A stretch of 64,000 bases of DNA from Candidatus Paceibacter sp. (GTDB lineage Bacteria; Patescibacteriota; Patescibacteriia; Magasanikbacterales; UBA922): the NCBI GenBank assembly GCA_020725175.1, contig DYFM01000004.1:20015-84014 (forward strand), in the 5' to 3' direction. Below the pieces are notes generated by a model. That model saw only the letters and a program-made list of their open reading frames with translations, was not told where the DNA came from and did no database searches. Numbering within the stretch: the first letter of the stretch is position 1; each line of letters opens with the position of its first letter. A program made the translations under genes and the position numbers. Shown here piece by piece: positions 10,352 to 18,965 of this stretch.

Positions 10352-11488
10352 TTATACATTGTTTGCTACCACCAACTGCCCACACGCCGCCGCAATATCG
10401 TCTCCCATGGTTTTTCTTTGGGTGACGGTGAGTCCGTGTCGGCGGAGGATGGATTTGAATGTATCAATTCGATCTTGGTGGCTGCGTTCAAATGATTTTC
10501 CCATTACCGGGTTGAGTGGGATGACGTTAATTTTACTCACCGCCGTTTTTTTAATGTATGTTGCCAATTCCTCCGCCAGTTCCGGCGTGTCATTTACCTC
10601 ATTGATAAGTGTATATTCGTAGGTAATGTGATGTTTGCGATTGCCATGTGTTTTATGATATTCATGTGACCAAGCAGCCAATTGCTTCAAAAATTCCGGC
10701 ACAGTGGTCGGTACGATTTCTTCGCGCTTTTTTTGATTGGCACTATGTAAAGAAATGGCAATCCGCACGTCCGGCCACTCCGGATCGGTAAGAAGTTTGG
10801 TAAGTTGGGTTAATATTCCAACTGTGGAGATGGTGATTTTTGTTTTACCGAGGTCGGTATAGGTAAGCCAAGTATGAATAGTTTGTTTTACGTTTTCATA
10901 ATTCGCCAGTGGTTCACCCATTCCCATAAAGACGATGTTCGAGATACGGGTTGATTGAACCTCCCCCAACCCCTCCTTCGAAAGGAGGGGGGATTTGTTT
11001 GTTGGTAAAAGGCTCTGTAGACTCCTCCCCTTGCGAAGGAGAGGATGGGAGTGGTTTCCGTTCAAAAAATACATCCAAAACCGATACTGATCAATAATCT
11101 CATCAGCCAGTAAACTACGTTTCAATCCCATGGTTCCGGTAGCGCAAAAAGTGCAGCGCATGGCACAGCCGATTTGTGAGGAAACACAGATTGTCCACTG
11201 GCCTCTTTTATTGGCCATGAGAACAGTTTCAAAATATTTCCCATCAATGGATTTCAGAATTGCTTTATAAGTATCGTGATTTTTGCTTTCGTAAAGCTTG
11301 AATAAACTTACACTGATCCAAGGTACTTTTTCTTCTAGTTTTTCACGCATTGGTTTGGAAAGTGTTGTAATGTCAGTCCAACTTGTTTTAGTGGGCTCAA
11401 AGAAAGCTTGATTGATTTGTTTCAAACGAAAAGCCGGTTCGGTTGGGAAGAGGTCTTTGATTTGTTGTTCTCGGGAGATGGGTTTCAT
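10352..11488 (-). CDS. rlmN: 23S rRNA/tRNA (adenine-C2)-methyltransferase RlmN (radical SAM), carrying an about 30-aa in-frame insertion derived from a palindromic repeat
   Basis: 378 aa; 'CVSSQIGCAMRCTFCATG' CxxxCxxC radical-SAM motif, 'VFMGMGEPLAN', C-terminal 'MGDDIAAACGQL'; insertion 'PLLRKGRSLQSLLPTNKSPLLSKEGLGEVQ' encoded by repeat at 10960-11052. Confidence 0.85.
   Translation of the reverse strand: MKPISREQQIKDLFPTEPAFRLKQINQAFFEPTKTSWTDITTLSKPMREKLEEKVPWISVSLFKLYESKNHDTYKAILKSIDGKYFETVLMANKRGQWTICVSSQIGCAMRCTFCATGTMGLKRSLLADEIIDQYRFWMYFLNGNHSHPLLRKGRSLQSLLPTNKSPLLSKEGLGEVQSTRISNIVFMGMGEPLANYENVKQTIHTWLTYTDLGKTKITISTVGILTQLTKLLTDPEWPDVRIAISLHSANQKKREEIVPTTVPEFLKQLAAWSHEYHKTHGNRKHHITYEYTLINEVNDTPELAEELATYIKKTAVSKINVIPLNPVMGKSFERSHQDRIDTFKSILRRHGLTVTQRKTMGDDIAAACGQLVVANNV
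10960..11052. repeat. Family A double-hairpin miniature repeat (copy 1, inside rlmN)
   Basis: two hairpins 'cccctccttcgaaaggagggg' and 'tcctccccttgcgaaggagagga' separated by 'atttgtttgttgg'; related copies at 15781-15895, 29436-29480, 31662-31712. Confidence 0.7.
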
Positions 11489-11511
11489 GTTAAGTTAACA
11501 GTGAAGTATCT

Positions 11512-11724
11512 TTAGTGAGTAGGTTTTTTGGGCGCCTTTGATAGTACACTATAAGAATCAGCTTCTAGTTGTTGAAGATTATTAATTTGTTTTTTTAATT
11601 CCACAAGATTTTCTCCTATACGAATAAAAATGTCCAGCTTGCGGTTTATATTTTCACGAAGCTGTTGCGTTACAGAAGAAAAAACAGTGCTTTCTTTTAA
11701 CTGTTCCTGCTGTTCTGTGGACAA
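11512..11724 (-). CDS. hypothetical coiled-coil protein (TTG start in track; frame stays open upstream to about 11870 without ATG)
   Basis: 70-aa ORF; in-frame upstream extension YLQNEAKKLGEQVIELKSQLNIL with no ATG; weak. Confidence 0.25.
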   Translation of the reverse strand: MSTEQQEQLKESTVFSSVTQQLRENINRKLDIFIRIGENLVELKKQINNLQQLEADSYSVLSKAPKKPTH

Positions 11725-11885
11725 AATGTTTAGCTGACTTTTTAGTTCAATAACCTGTTCGCCGAGCTTCTTTGCTTCATTTTGAAGATAGGTGAACCGC
11801 TCAATGAGATGATCTATTTGTTCTTGATAGGCTGAATAGTATTTTGGCTTTTCTGGGTTTATATATTTTTGTTATCAGTGTTATT

Positions 11886-13640
11886 TTACCACCCTCCACC
11901 TCCACCGCCACCCCCGCCACCACCAGAGAATCCACCGCCACCGGAACCGGATTTTGGAGAGACAGAGGATGAGATAGAGGAGCTGAGTGAACTTATTGAT
12001 GAGGAGAATGTATCAAGGGAAAATTCTCGACCGGGAACTCCCGTAAACCAGACCGGGTGGTAGTTTTGAATAAATTCTTTGCCGTAGATTTGTTTCATAG
12101 CTTTGATCCACTTTTTGGTCATGTCAAACATGATAGCATATGGAAGCAATTCTTCAAACAGTCCCTCTTTTTCAAAAAATATTTGTCTATGTTTCTCGGC
12201 TGTATTCATAAACATTTTGAACCCTTTTCCTTTCCACTCAAGTTCCGCTCCATAGAGAGTCTTTTTTGGCATGATAATTGAAATAACTAAAAATATCAAC
12301 GCCGAAACAAAGCCACTGCCGATGATCAAAAATGGTTGGTCATCACCAAAAAAAACCGTCGAAAAGATTGTGATAAAAAAGAGAAACACAGCTATGACGG
12401 CCGAAATAATTTGCCAACGAAAGCCGGACGCTTCAAAGATGTTTTTTTGTTTTAGTTCTTTTTTTACCTGTGTTTGAATAGCGGAAACAGTTGAAGTGAG
12501 TTTGGTTGAAGAGCCGGATATTGAGACGGTCGCTTTGTTTCCGAATAGTTTTTCGATAAGAGTCGTTTCAGCACTCGTAGTGTTTTTTTGGCTTACATTT
12601 TCAGTACGAGTAAACGTGTAGCTTCCTTTTTTCTTTTGTTCAGTAATGGTTATGATGCCGCGGCGAGCTAGATCAATAATCGTGGCGGTGACAAACCGAT
12701 GGTGGAGCTTTCCATTTTCCATGATCATTCCGAGTTCTAGTGGTGGTAATTGTTCGGGGGGTTCGTATTCGGGGATAATCGGTTTTCTCAGATTGGGATC
12801 ATCACCATACCGTTTCCATATCACAAGACAGATAATAATACTAAGCAAAGGTAAAAGAAGCCAAAGATATTGCCCGTATAATTGCCACCAGGTAAACTGA
12901 TACGGTGTGACAATTCCTTTTGGCATGGTCACTGAAACAGTAATACCTTCACGAACTGTCAGTGGTCGAGTCGCGGTAACCTCGAGAGTGTCAGTATCAA
13001 TCCAGCGGAAGTTGGCGAGAGAATTCATGTTGTCCCCATACTGCCCACTGTAAAGATTTACTTCGCTCCCTTCGTTTTTAAAGCCGGAAGGAAAGTTGAT
13101 GGTGGCGGTAAAGGCATCAGTTTCAATATCCCAAAAGTTGCCGTTTAGGTTCCAAAAAAATTCATCAAATGTATCACTGTCGGTTCGAATAACATTACCA
13201 ACAGTATAGTGAATACGATATTTGTTTTCTCCTTGCACAGTCTTATCCGGAGAGCCAATTTTCCAGGTGATGGTTCCGGGATTTTTTATAGTTGAGTAGG
13301 GATGAGTATGTTCACTGAAGTCTGTGATTGTGTGAAGTTTTATGGGTGTTTGTACTATTGTTCCTTCGATATTCATTTGAGTGGGTAGAATGCGAAAAAT
13401 GCCGTGTTTATCCGGGAGTGTTCCAGCGTTTGCGATAATGTGTTCTGTAATCGTGGCTGTAGAATTTGGGTGGAGGTCAATGGTTGTCTCAAAATCTTTA
13501 ATATACCAATCGGAAATTACTGTTCTTTCTGCAGATACTGGTTTCCAGATGAATAGACTCGCACCAACAAGTATAGACAGTGTGAGGAGGTGAGATATTT
13601 TCATATTAGTCGGTGTCGGGTAAAGAGATGGATGCGACAA
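11886..13640 (-). CDS. DUF2207-family membrane protein with C-terminal polyglycine tail
   Basis: 584 aa; signal peptide, extracellular domain, TM helix, second TM pair, C-terminal 'SGSGGGGFSGGGGGGGGGGGW' typical of DUF2207. Confidence 0.65.
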   Translation of the reverse strand: MSHPSLYPTPTNMKISHLLTLSILVGASLFIWKPVSAERTVISDWYIKDFETTIDLHPNSTATITEHIIANAGTLPDKHGIFRILPTQMNIEGTIVQTPIKLHTITDFSEHTHPYSTIKNPGTITWKIGSPDKTVQGENKYRIHYTVGNVIRTDSDTFDEFFWNLNGNFWDIETDAFTATINFPSGFKNEGSEVNLYSGQYGDNMNSLANFRWIDTDTLEVTATRPLTVREGITVSVTMPKGIVTPYQFTWWQLYGQYLWLLLPLLSIIICLVIWKRYGDDPNLRKPIIPEYEPPEQLPPLELGMIMENGKLHHRFVTATIIDLARRGIITITEQKKKGSYTFTRTENVSQKNTTSAETTLIEKLFGNKATVSISGSSTKLTSTVSAIQTQVKKELKQKNIFEASGFRWQIISAVIAVFLFFITIFSTVFFGDDQPFLIIGSGFVSALIFLVISIIMPKKTLYGAELEWKGKGFKMFMNTAEKHRQIFFEKEGLFEELLPYAIMFDMTKKWIKAMKQIYGKEFIQNYHPVWFTGVPGREFSLDTFSSSISSLSSSISSSVSPKSGSGGGGFSGGGGGGGGGGGW

Positions 13641-14364
13641 GTGGTAAATGATCTGAGACGTCTATATCTAGGCAGGCTGCGGAATGAACTGTAAGAGTGG
13701 GACTGGTAAATAGCATATCTACTGCCGCGTCGGCAAAGCCTGGATGCGTCTTTTGCCTCATGTTGAAGGTTGATTTGAGTGTTTCGCCAAAAACACTTGG
13801 TAATACTGCGTCAATACGTTTGGCCGATTCCGTATGTGGTTTCATATTGGTGTCTCCGGACAGAATGACATGTGGTTTATCTTGTATCTCATTGATAATC
13901 GTTTCACTCATCTGAAGGCGACGCGGGTTGTCTTCACCGTCAACTCCCCAAATCCCATGCCAACTGTAGACAAAAAGTTGTTTCGTGTTTATCGCAACTT
14001 CGGCCCGGCACATGTTTCTAGGGAAAAATTCCGCATCCTCCACGGTGCTGCTTGAAACCCCAAATGGGACATCAAAAAAGACAGGGGAATGGGACGTGAT
14101 TGGAAAACGGGAAAATACCGCATTACCCATTTCTGTATTAGATTTTTTATCAATAGCTGCCGGAGCAAATACCGCTTGGTGGTCAGGAAAAAGTTTTTGC
14201 AGTTCGTCAAAAGAACGTAATTGTTTACTAGAACTGAGGTCATGTCCATCGTACACTTCTTGAAATGCCATAATGTCGGCATTTTGTTCTAGGAGAAATT
14301 CGATCATGGTATCCCAAAGCTTTCCTCCGAGCCAAATATTCAACGAAAGATAAGAAATTTTCAT
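13606..14364 (-). CDS. endonuclease/exonuclease/phosphatase (EEP) family protein
   Basis: 252 aa; 'LSLNIWLGG', 'DIMAFQEV', C-terminal 'SDHLPLVASI' catalytic His motif. Confidence 0.7.
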   Translation of the reverse strand: MKISYLSLNIWLGGKLWDTMIEFLLEQNADIMAFQEVYDGHDLSSSKQLRSFDELQKLFPDHQAVFAPAAIDKKSNTEMGNAVFSRFPITSHSPVFFDVPFGVSSSTVEDAEFFPRNMCRAEVAINTKQLFVYSWHGIWGVDGEDNPRRLQMSETIINEIQDKPHVILSGDTNMKPHTESAKRIDAVLPSVFGETLKSTFNMRQKTHPGFADAAVDMLFTSPTLTVHSAACLDIDVSDHLPLVASISLPDTD

Positions 14365-14453
14365 ATACAGAAACAGTTAGAGTACTTCCAATGGTAGTAT
14401 ATCACGGTTTTGGAATAAGAAACAAAAACCGCCGATAAACGGCGGCTTTGGGG

Positions 14454-15392
14454 TTAGTCGAGGAGAGGGGTAGGTTTCTCTCTCTCTTTTGGATATAGGT
14501 CCGGATCAATGGTGCGCTCAAAACAGTGTCTTCCGGCCGGATGATCCCAATTTGCTTGGTAGGGATCAAAATAAATAGGACGAGGGGCGGTCGGAGATTT
14601 TTCAGCTACATTTCGTTCATGAGTAAAAGTAGCACAGAGTTCAAAGGTGAGCGGCTCTATTACTGTATATTCATATGCATTCCCTGTTTCCGGATCGGTT
14701 GGTGGTGTAAAACCGGTGATAGAATTTTTCAGATCTGAAAGTTGTTCGGGAAGAGTATCTTTTTGATTCCAGTACCCAATAATTTCACTTTGGAGCATTT
14801 GCAAATCTTGTACACGTTGTTCGTCAAGGCGTTTGGCGCGTTGTTCTCCCGGCGTGCCAATGATAAAAAAACCAGCCACAATAGCAATAAGAATGAAAAG
14901 GGAGGTGGTAATACCAAATATCTGATTAATGTTGCGAGACAGCCCGTTTTGTTTGATGTCAGAAAGATAATATCCAAACACACCAACCGCTACAATGAGA
15001 ACACTAAGGACTTTGAGAGAAAAGCGCATGGTCAGCTCGCCACCAAGAAAATTGTAGAGAAGTGAAATGAGATCGATGATAATCGTAACCGCTGCGACAA
15101 AAAGGGTGAGATAGGTGAGCCATTTACGAATTTTCAAATCGCGTTTTTCCGGCTCTTTACGAGTTTCTTTGTTCAGTTGCCAAGTAAGAAAAAGAAAAAC
15201 CGGCCAAGCAATGATGAGTGAAGCCATAGAACGACGTATCGTGTCGGTGGTACTAATGTATGAGTAGTACAGCTGGTCCGGATAGAGCGCATTGACGTAT
15301 TGAAATAATAAAGCAATAAAACTAATAACACCGATGTAGAGAGTGACAAACGTGAGAAGATACATGAAGACGTCTTTGGGGGTGGATTTCAT
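14454..15392 (-). CDS. hypothetical integral membrane protein (DUF5671-like, common in CPR)
   Basis: 312 aa; 4-5 TM helices in N-terminal two-thirds, soluble C-terminal domain. Confidence 0.45.
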   Translation of the reverse strand: MKSTPKDVFMYLLTFVTLYIGVISFIALLFQYVNALYPDQLYYSYISTTDTIRRSMASLIIAWPVFLFLTWQLNKETRKEPEKRDLKIRKWLTYLTLFVAAVTIIIDLISLLYNFLGGELTMRFSLKVLSVLIVAVGVFGYYLSDIKQNGLSRNINQIFGITTSLFILIAIVAGFFIIGTPGEQRAKRLDEQRVQDLQMLQSEIIGYWNQKDTLPEQLSDLKNSITGFTPPTDPETGNAYEYTVIEPLTFELCATFTHERNVAEKSPTAPRPIYFDPYQANWDHPAGRHCFERTIDPDLYPKEREKPTPLLD

Positions 15393-15624
15393 ACTTCAAA
15401 GGCTTATGAGGCTTCCTAGGCTTACAAGGCCTACGAGGCACTTTAAATACGTATTGAATGTAGTTTGAGATATTGAAAAATAGAAACTTGAAATGTGGGT
15501 TTTTGAATAACAAGTCAACTTGTTACCCTGCCAACTTGTAAACTTTTCAACGTAGGTATCATAACAAATTGCGGAGGAAAATAAAACGGCTATTCAGGAA
15601 TGTTGGGATCGTTCTTTGGGTTTT

Positions 15625-15750
15625 GGGTTTTACAGTGGACTGATGAATTGAGCCGAGGCGAAATTCGTCTGGTATTACTTTGTTTATTTTATTGACGAAT
15701 TTCCTTGTGACTCAATTCGTCATTCCCTTGGTTTCTATTAGTATGTATAC
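15625..15750. repeat. Family F TIR-bearing miniature element (copy 1)
   Basis: terminal inverted repeats 'tgatgaattgagccgagg' / 'gtgactcaattcgtcattcc'; second copy at 20295-20440 with TIR 'gtgacgaattgagtcgag' / 'gacgaatttcac...gtcattcc'. Confidence 0.55.
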
Positions 15751-15780
15751 GTTTTATGGTGGTGGTTGGTAACAAGGAGA

Positions 15781-15895
15781 TGTTTGACACATCACCCTTG
15801 CCCTTTCCTAAAAGGAGAGGGAATTGAGGTGAAGTGTCAGTCCCCTTCTCCTTTTAGGAGAAGGGGCGAGGGGATGAGGTGTCAATCCCATTCTT
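15781..15895. repeat. Family A double-hairpin miniature repeat (copy 2, full length with terminal inverted repeats)
   Basis: 'tgacacatcaccc..ccctttcctaaaaggagaggg..ccccttctccttttaggagaagggg..gggatgaggtgtca'; overlaps the last 14 codons and stop of the GH1 gene. Confidence 0.7.
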
Positions 15896-17095
15896 CCGAA
15901 TTATCTCTCGATACAAATACGCCGACGGTCTTGGTTTTCGCTCCAGCGTCTCATAATCAATCTCAACCAATCCAAATCGCGGCCAAAACCCTTCGGCCCA
16001 TTCGAAGTTGTCCATAAATGACCAGTGGAGATACCCACGAACATCTGCACCGTCTTGAATGGCACGGTGCACTTGCTTTAGTGATTCTACGAGAAACCAA
16101 GGTCGTTTTTCGTCTGTTCTGTCAGCCAATCCATTTTCGGTGATGTAGATTGGTTTGTTATATCTTTTAGCGATCATGAGCACATGATACATGGCTTCCG
16201 GATAGAGCTCCCAACCTAGGTCAGAAGTTTTTTTATTTTCATTATCAGGAGTGAATAAACTACCATTGATTCGGTGGTGAAAATAATGGTTGACGCCAAT
16301 GAAATCTTGGTGGGGTTTAATTTGGTTGAGAAAAAATGTGTTGCTCCACCAGTTGGCAAGTTTTGAGAGAATGAGATTGAGCGGTTTATGGTTGGCGGGT
16401 TCGATAAATTGCATGTTGTGCGCAATACCAACCTGAGATTTGTGATTTATTGTTTTGATAGTTTGATAGGCAACTTTGTGGGTGGCAATGAGGCGACGTT
16501 TAACTCTCAAGTATGAAAGAATATTTTTTTCTTCCGGAGGCCAAATACCTTGTTGATGAGAAAGCGCGGAAATGATAGTGGGTTCGTTGAGGGTGATCCA
16601 AAACGTAACATCATCTTTGAGGTACGATACGACTTTTTCAACATACCGATTGAAATACCCAACACTTTTTTTGTGTTTCCATCCACCTTGTTTGTCGAGC
16701 CACAATGGAATTGGCCAATGATAGAGTGTAACAAATGGTTCCATGCCGTGTTGCCGCAAGGTTTTTATGACGTCTTTATAATGTTCGAGTTCAAATTCAT
16801 TGAAGACCCCTTCTTCTGGTTCAATCCGGGACCATTCAATAGAAAAACGATGAGCCATGTGGCCGAGTTCTTTGGCGAGGGCAAAATCTTCCTTGTATCT
16901 CGTGTAGTGATCGCACGCAACGTCGGACAAAAAATTCTCATAGCCGTGTTTGTCGATATGACCTTGATCGTGAAGAAATTGTTTGCGCTTGGCCGAGCGT
17001 TCCCATTCGGTCCAGTTGTTGCAGAGGTTTCCCTCTACTTGGTGGGCGGAGGTAGAGGCGCCCCAGAAAAATCCTGTGGGGAAGTTTAAAGGCAT
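15854..17095 (-). CDS. glycoside hydrolase family 1 (beta-glucosidase / 6-phospho-beta-glucosidase)
   Basis: 413 aa; N-terminal 'FPTGFFWGASTSAHQVEG', acid/base 'TLNEP', nucleophile 'YITENG'; C-terminal 14 residues and the stop are supplied by the Family A repeat. Confidence 0.85.
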   Translation of the reverse strand: MPLNFPTGFFWGASTSAHQVEGNLCNNWTEWERSAKRKQFLHDQGHIDKHGYENFLSDVACDHYTRYKEDFALAKELGHMAHRFSIEWSRIEPEEGVFNEFELEHYKDVIKTLRQHGMEPFVTLYHWPIPLWLDKQGGWKHKKSVGYFNRYVEKVVSYLKDDVTFWITLNEPTIISALSHQQGIWPPEEKNILSYLRVKRRLIATHKVAYQTIKTINHKSQVGIAHNMQFIEPANHKPLNLILSKLANWWSNTFFLNQIKPHQDFIGVNHYFHHRINGSLFTPDNENKKTSDLGWELYPEAMYHVLMIAKRYNKPIYITENGLADRTDEKRPWFLVESLKQVHRAIQDGADVRGYLHWSFMDNFEWAEGFWPRFGLVEIDYETLERKPRPSAYLYREIIRKNGIDTSSPRPFS

Positions 17096-17176
17096 AATTG
17101 TAAAGTTTAAAGTTGGTGGTTTAGAGTGAGTACCAATATTAATATCATCTTTTGACTTTTATATCGGCATAGGAAC

Positions 17177-17242
17177 CTACCAACTTTCTAACTTGCCAAC
17201 TTGCCAACTTGTCAACTTGTAAACCTGCTAACTTACCAATCA
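17177..17242. repeat. Family C octamer microsatellite (ACTTGCCA)n, degenerate
   Basis: 'aacttgccaacttgccaacttgtcaacttgtaaacctgctaacttaccaa'; other arrays at 15520-15545, 27128-27185, 29196-29226. Confidence 0.6.
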
Positions 17243-17485
17243 ACTCAACTCCTTCCCACTATCGTCTACCACATGAATACATGATACCGGGCAATGAACG
17301 GCGGCGTCAACGTTTTCTTCGACGTCTTCCTCGATGATAGCTTGAACATGAGTCTTGCCTTTGAGCTGACCTTTTTTGAGTACTGCCTTACCGAGGCTGT
17401 CGTTCAGCTCCCAATAATTTGGGGCATAGAGAGGGCAGGAGCCACAGCCGATGCAGTCGTCTTGGTAGTGGAGGATTTTGGGCAC
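17240..17485 (-). CDS. 4Fe-4S ferredoxin
   Basis: 81 aa; 'CIGCGSC' and 'CPVSCI' cluster ligand motifs. Confidence 0.75.
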   Translation of the reverse strand: MPKILHYQDDCIGCGSCPLYAPNYWELNDSLGKAVLKKGQLKGKTHVQAIIEEDVEENVDAAVHCPVSCIHVVDDSGKELS

Positions 17486-17575
17486 ATTGATTGTTGTTAA
17501 TAGACCGCGGATTAGACGGATGAAACGGATAACAACTGATCCGTTTGTATTCGTCCAATTTGTTAGATCTGCGGT

Positions 17576-18829
17576 CTATTTTGTTTCTTGAATACGAGGA
17601 ATTTTGACAAAAACTTGATCTTTTTTGCGGACGGGAGTACTCACTGGAATGGTGACAATTGTGCCTTTTTTTCCAGTGTCGACGGATTGTTCCTCGAAAT
17701 AAATACTTTCGACTTTCGATTCAACAACTCCGGTGGTTTTGCCGATGACAAGAAGATCTTGACCGACTGAGACATCATTGTCATGAAGCATGATTTCAGC
17801 AATACCAGCTTTTTGGAAATAGTTGGTAACGACCCCGACCATGAGTTTTTCCTTGACTGATTTTGATCCGTATTCACCACTCCATTCACCGAGTTTTTTG
17901 CCGAGGTAATAGCCACCGTGCCAGAAGCCACGGTTGTAGACGGTTTCGAGTTCTTTGGTCCAGGCTTCTTTTTTTTCATCCGTGTATGTTCCGTTCAAGA
18001 CTGCATCAGCTGCTTCTCGATAACAACGAGTGACGGTTTTTACATAATCTGCTGAACGACCGCGGCCTTCGAGTTTGAGAACGGAGACTCCGGCACCGAT
18101 AATTTGATCCAAAAATTTAATGGTACAGAGATCTTTTGGTGACATGATATATTCATTTTCGAGCACCAGTTCTTCACCGGTTTCTTCGTCAATCACCCGA
18201 TATGAGCGACGACAGTTTTGCACGCAGGCACCACGGTTGGCAGAGGCATTTTGAGTGGCGAGACTCATGTAACATTTCCCGGAAATAGCAACACATAGAG
18301 CTCCATGCGCAAATAGTTCAATTCCGACCAGGTTTCCACTTGGTCCTTTGATTTGTTCTTTTTCAATGGTGGTGCAAATGAGCTGAATATCTTTCAGAGT
18401 CAGTTCGCGCGCAAGCACAATGACATCAGCAAACGCGGCAAAAAATTTCACTGCTTCAACATTTGAGACGTTTTGCTGGGTAGAGATGTGGACTTCTATT
18501 CCAATGGAGCGGGCGTAGGAAATCGCTGAAATGTCACTCGCGATAATAGCTGTCACACCGGCATCTTTTACCGCGTCACAGAGTTTCTTCATGATCACCA
18601 TGTCGTGATTGTAGAGGACGGTGTTGAGGGCGAGGTAGGTTCGGACATTGTGTTCATTGCATTGACGGACGATTTCCGGGAGATCGGTGAGCTTAAAATT
18701 GTTGGCGGCCCGAGCACGCATGTTGAGTTGTTCAACGCCAAAATAGACAGAGTTGGCTCCACCCTGGATGGCGGCGGTCAGGGATTCAAATGACCCGGCG
18801 GGGGACATGATTTCGATGGTTTTTGGCAT
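17576..18829 (-). CDS. peptidase U32 family protein (RlhA/TrhP-like)
   Basis: 'MSPAGSFESLTAAIQGGANSVYFG' N-terminal U32 signature, conserved Cys-rich central region; start chosen at Met 18829 (track start 18856). Confidence 0.8.
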   Translation of the reverse strand: MPKTIEIMSPAGSFESLTAAIQGGANSVYFGVEQLNMRARAANNFKLTDLPEIVRQCNEHNVRTYLALNTVLYNHDMVIMKKLCDAVKDAGVTAIIASDISAISYARSIGIEVHISTQQNVSNVEAVKFFAAFADVIVLARELTLKDIQLICTTIEKEQIKGPSGNLVGIELFAHGALCVAISGKCYMSLATQNASANRGACVQNCRRSYRVIDEETGEELVLENEYIMSPKDLCTIKFLDQIIGAGVSVLKLEGRGRSADYVKTVTRCYREAADAVLNGTYTDEKKEAWTKELETVYNRGFWHGGYYLGKKLGEWSGEYGSKSVKEKLMVGVVTNYFQKAGIAEIMLHDNDVSVGQDLLVIGKTTGVVESKVESIYFEEQSVDTGKKGTIVTIPVSTPVRKKDQVFVKIPRIQETK

Positions 18830-18965
18830 ATGTTGAGAGATTGAGACTAAGATCAAGATTACGTTTGAAACCGAGTTCGTACTATAGCAAAATGGAGGGG
18901 AAAATCAAGGGGGGAGGTCATTTTTACAGAAATATACAAATTATGTATAAGTAAACTTTACAAAT

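Noticed and set aside
10960-11052. Intein or intron in rlmN
   Set aside because: The insert is only about 30 aa and lacks intein blocks (C/S…HN). It is made of two palindromic hairpins shared with intergenic copies, so it is a repeat insertion and not an intein or group I/II intron.
15766-16017. Plus-strand 83-aa ORF 'MVTRRCLTHHPCPFLKGEGIEVKC…'
   Set aside because: It is simply the translation of the Family A hairpin repeat and the antisense of the GH1 gene. There is no independent support.
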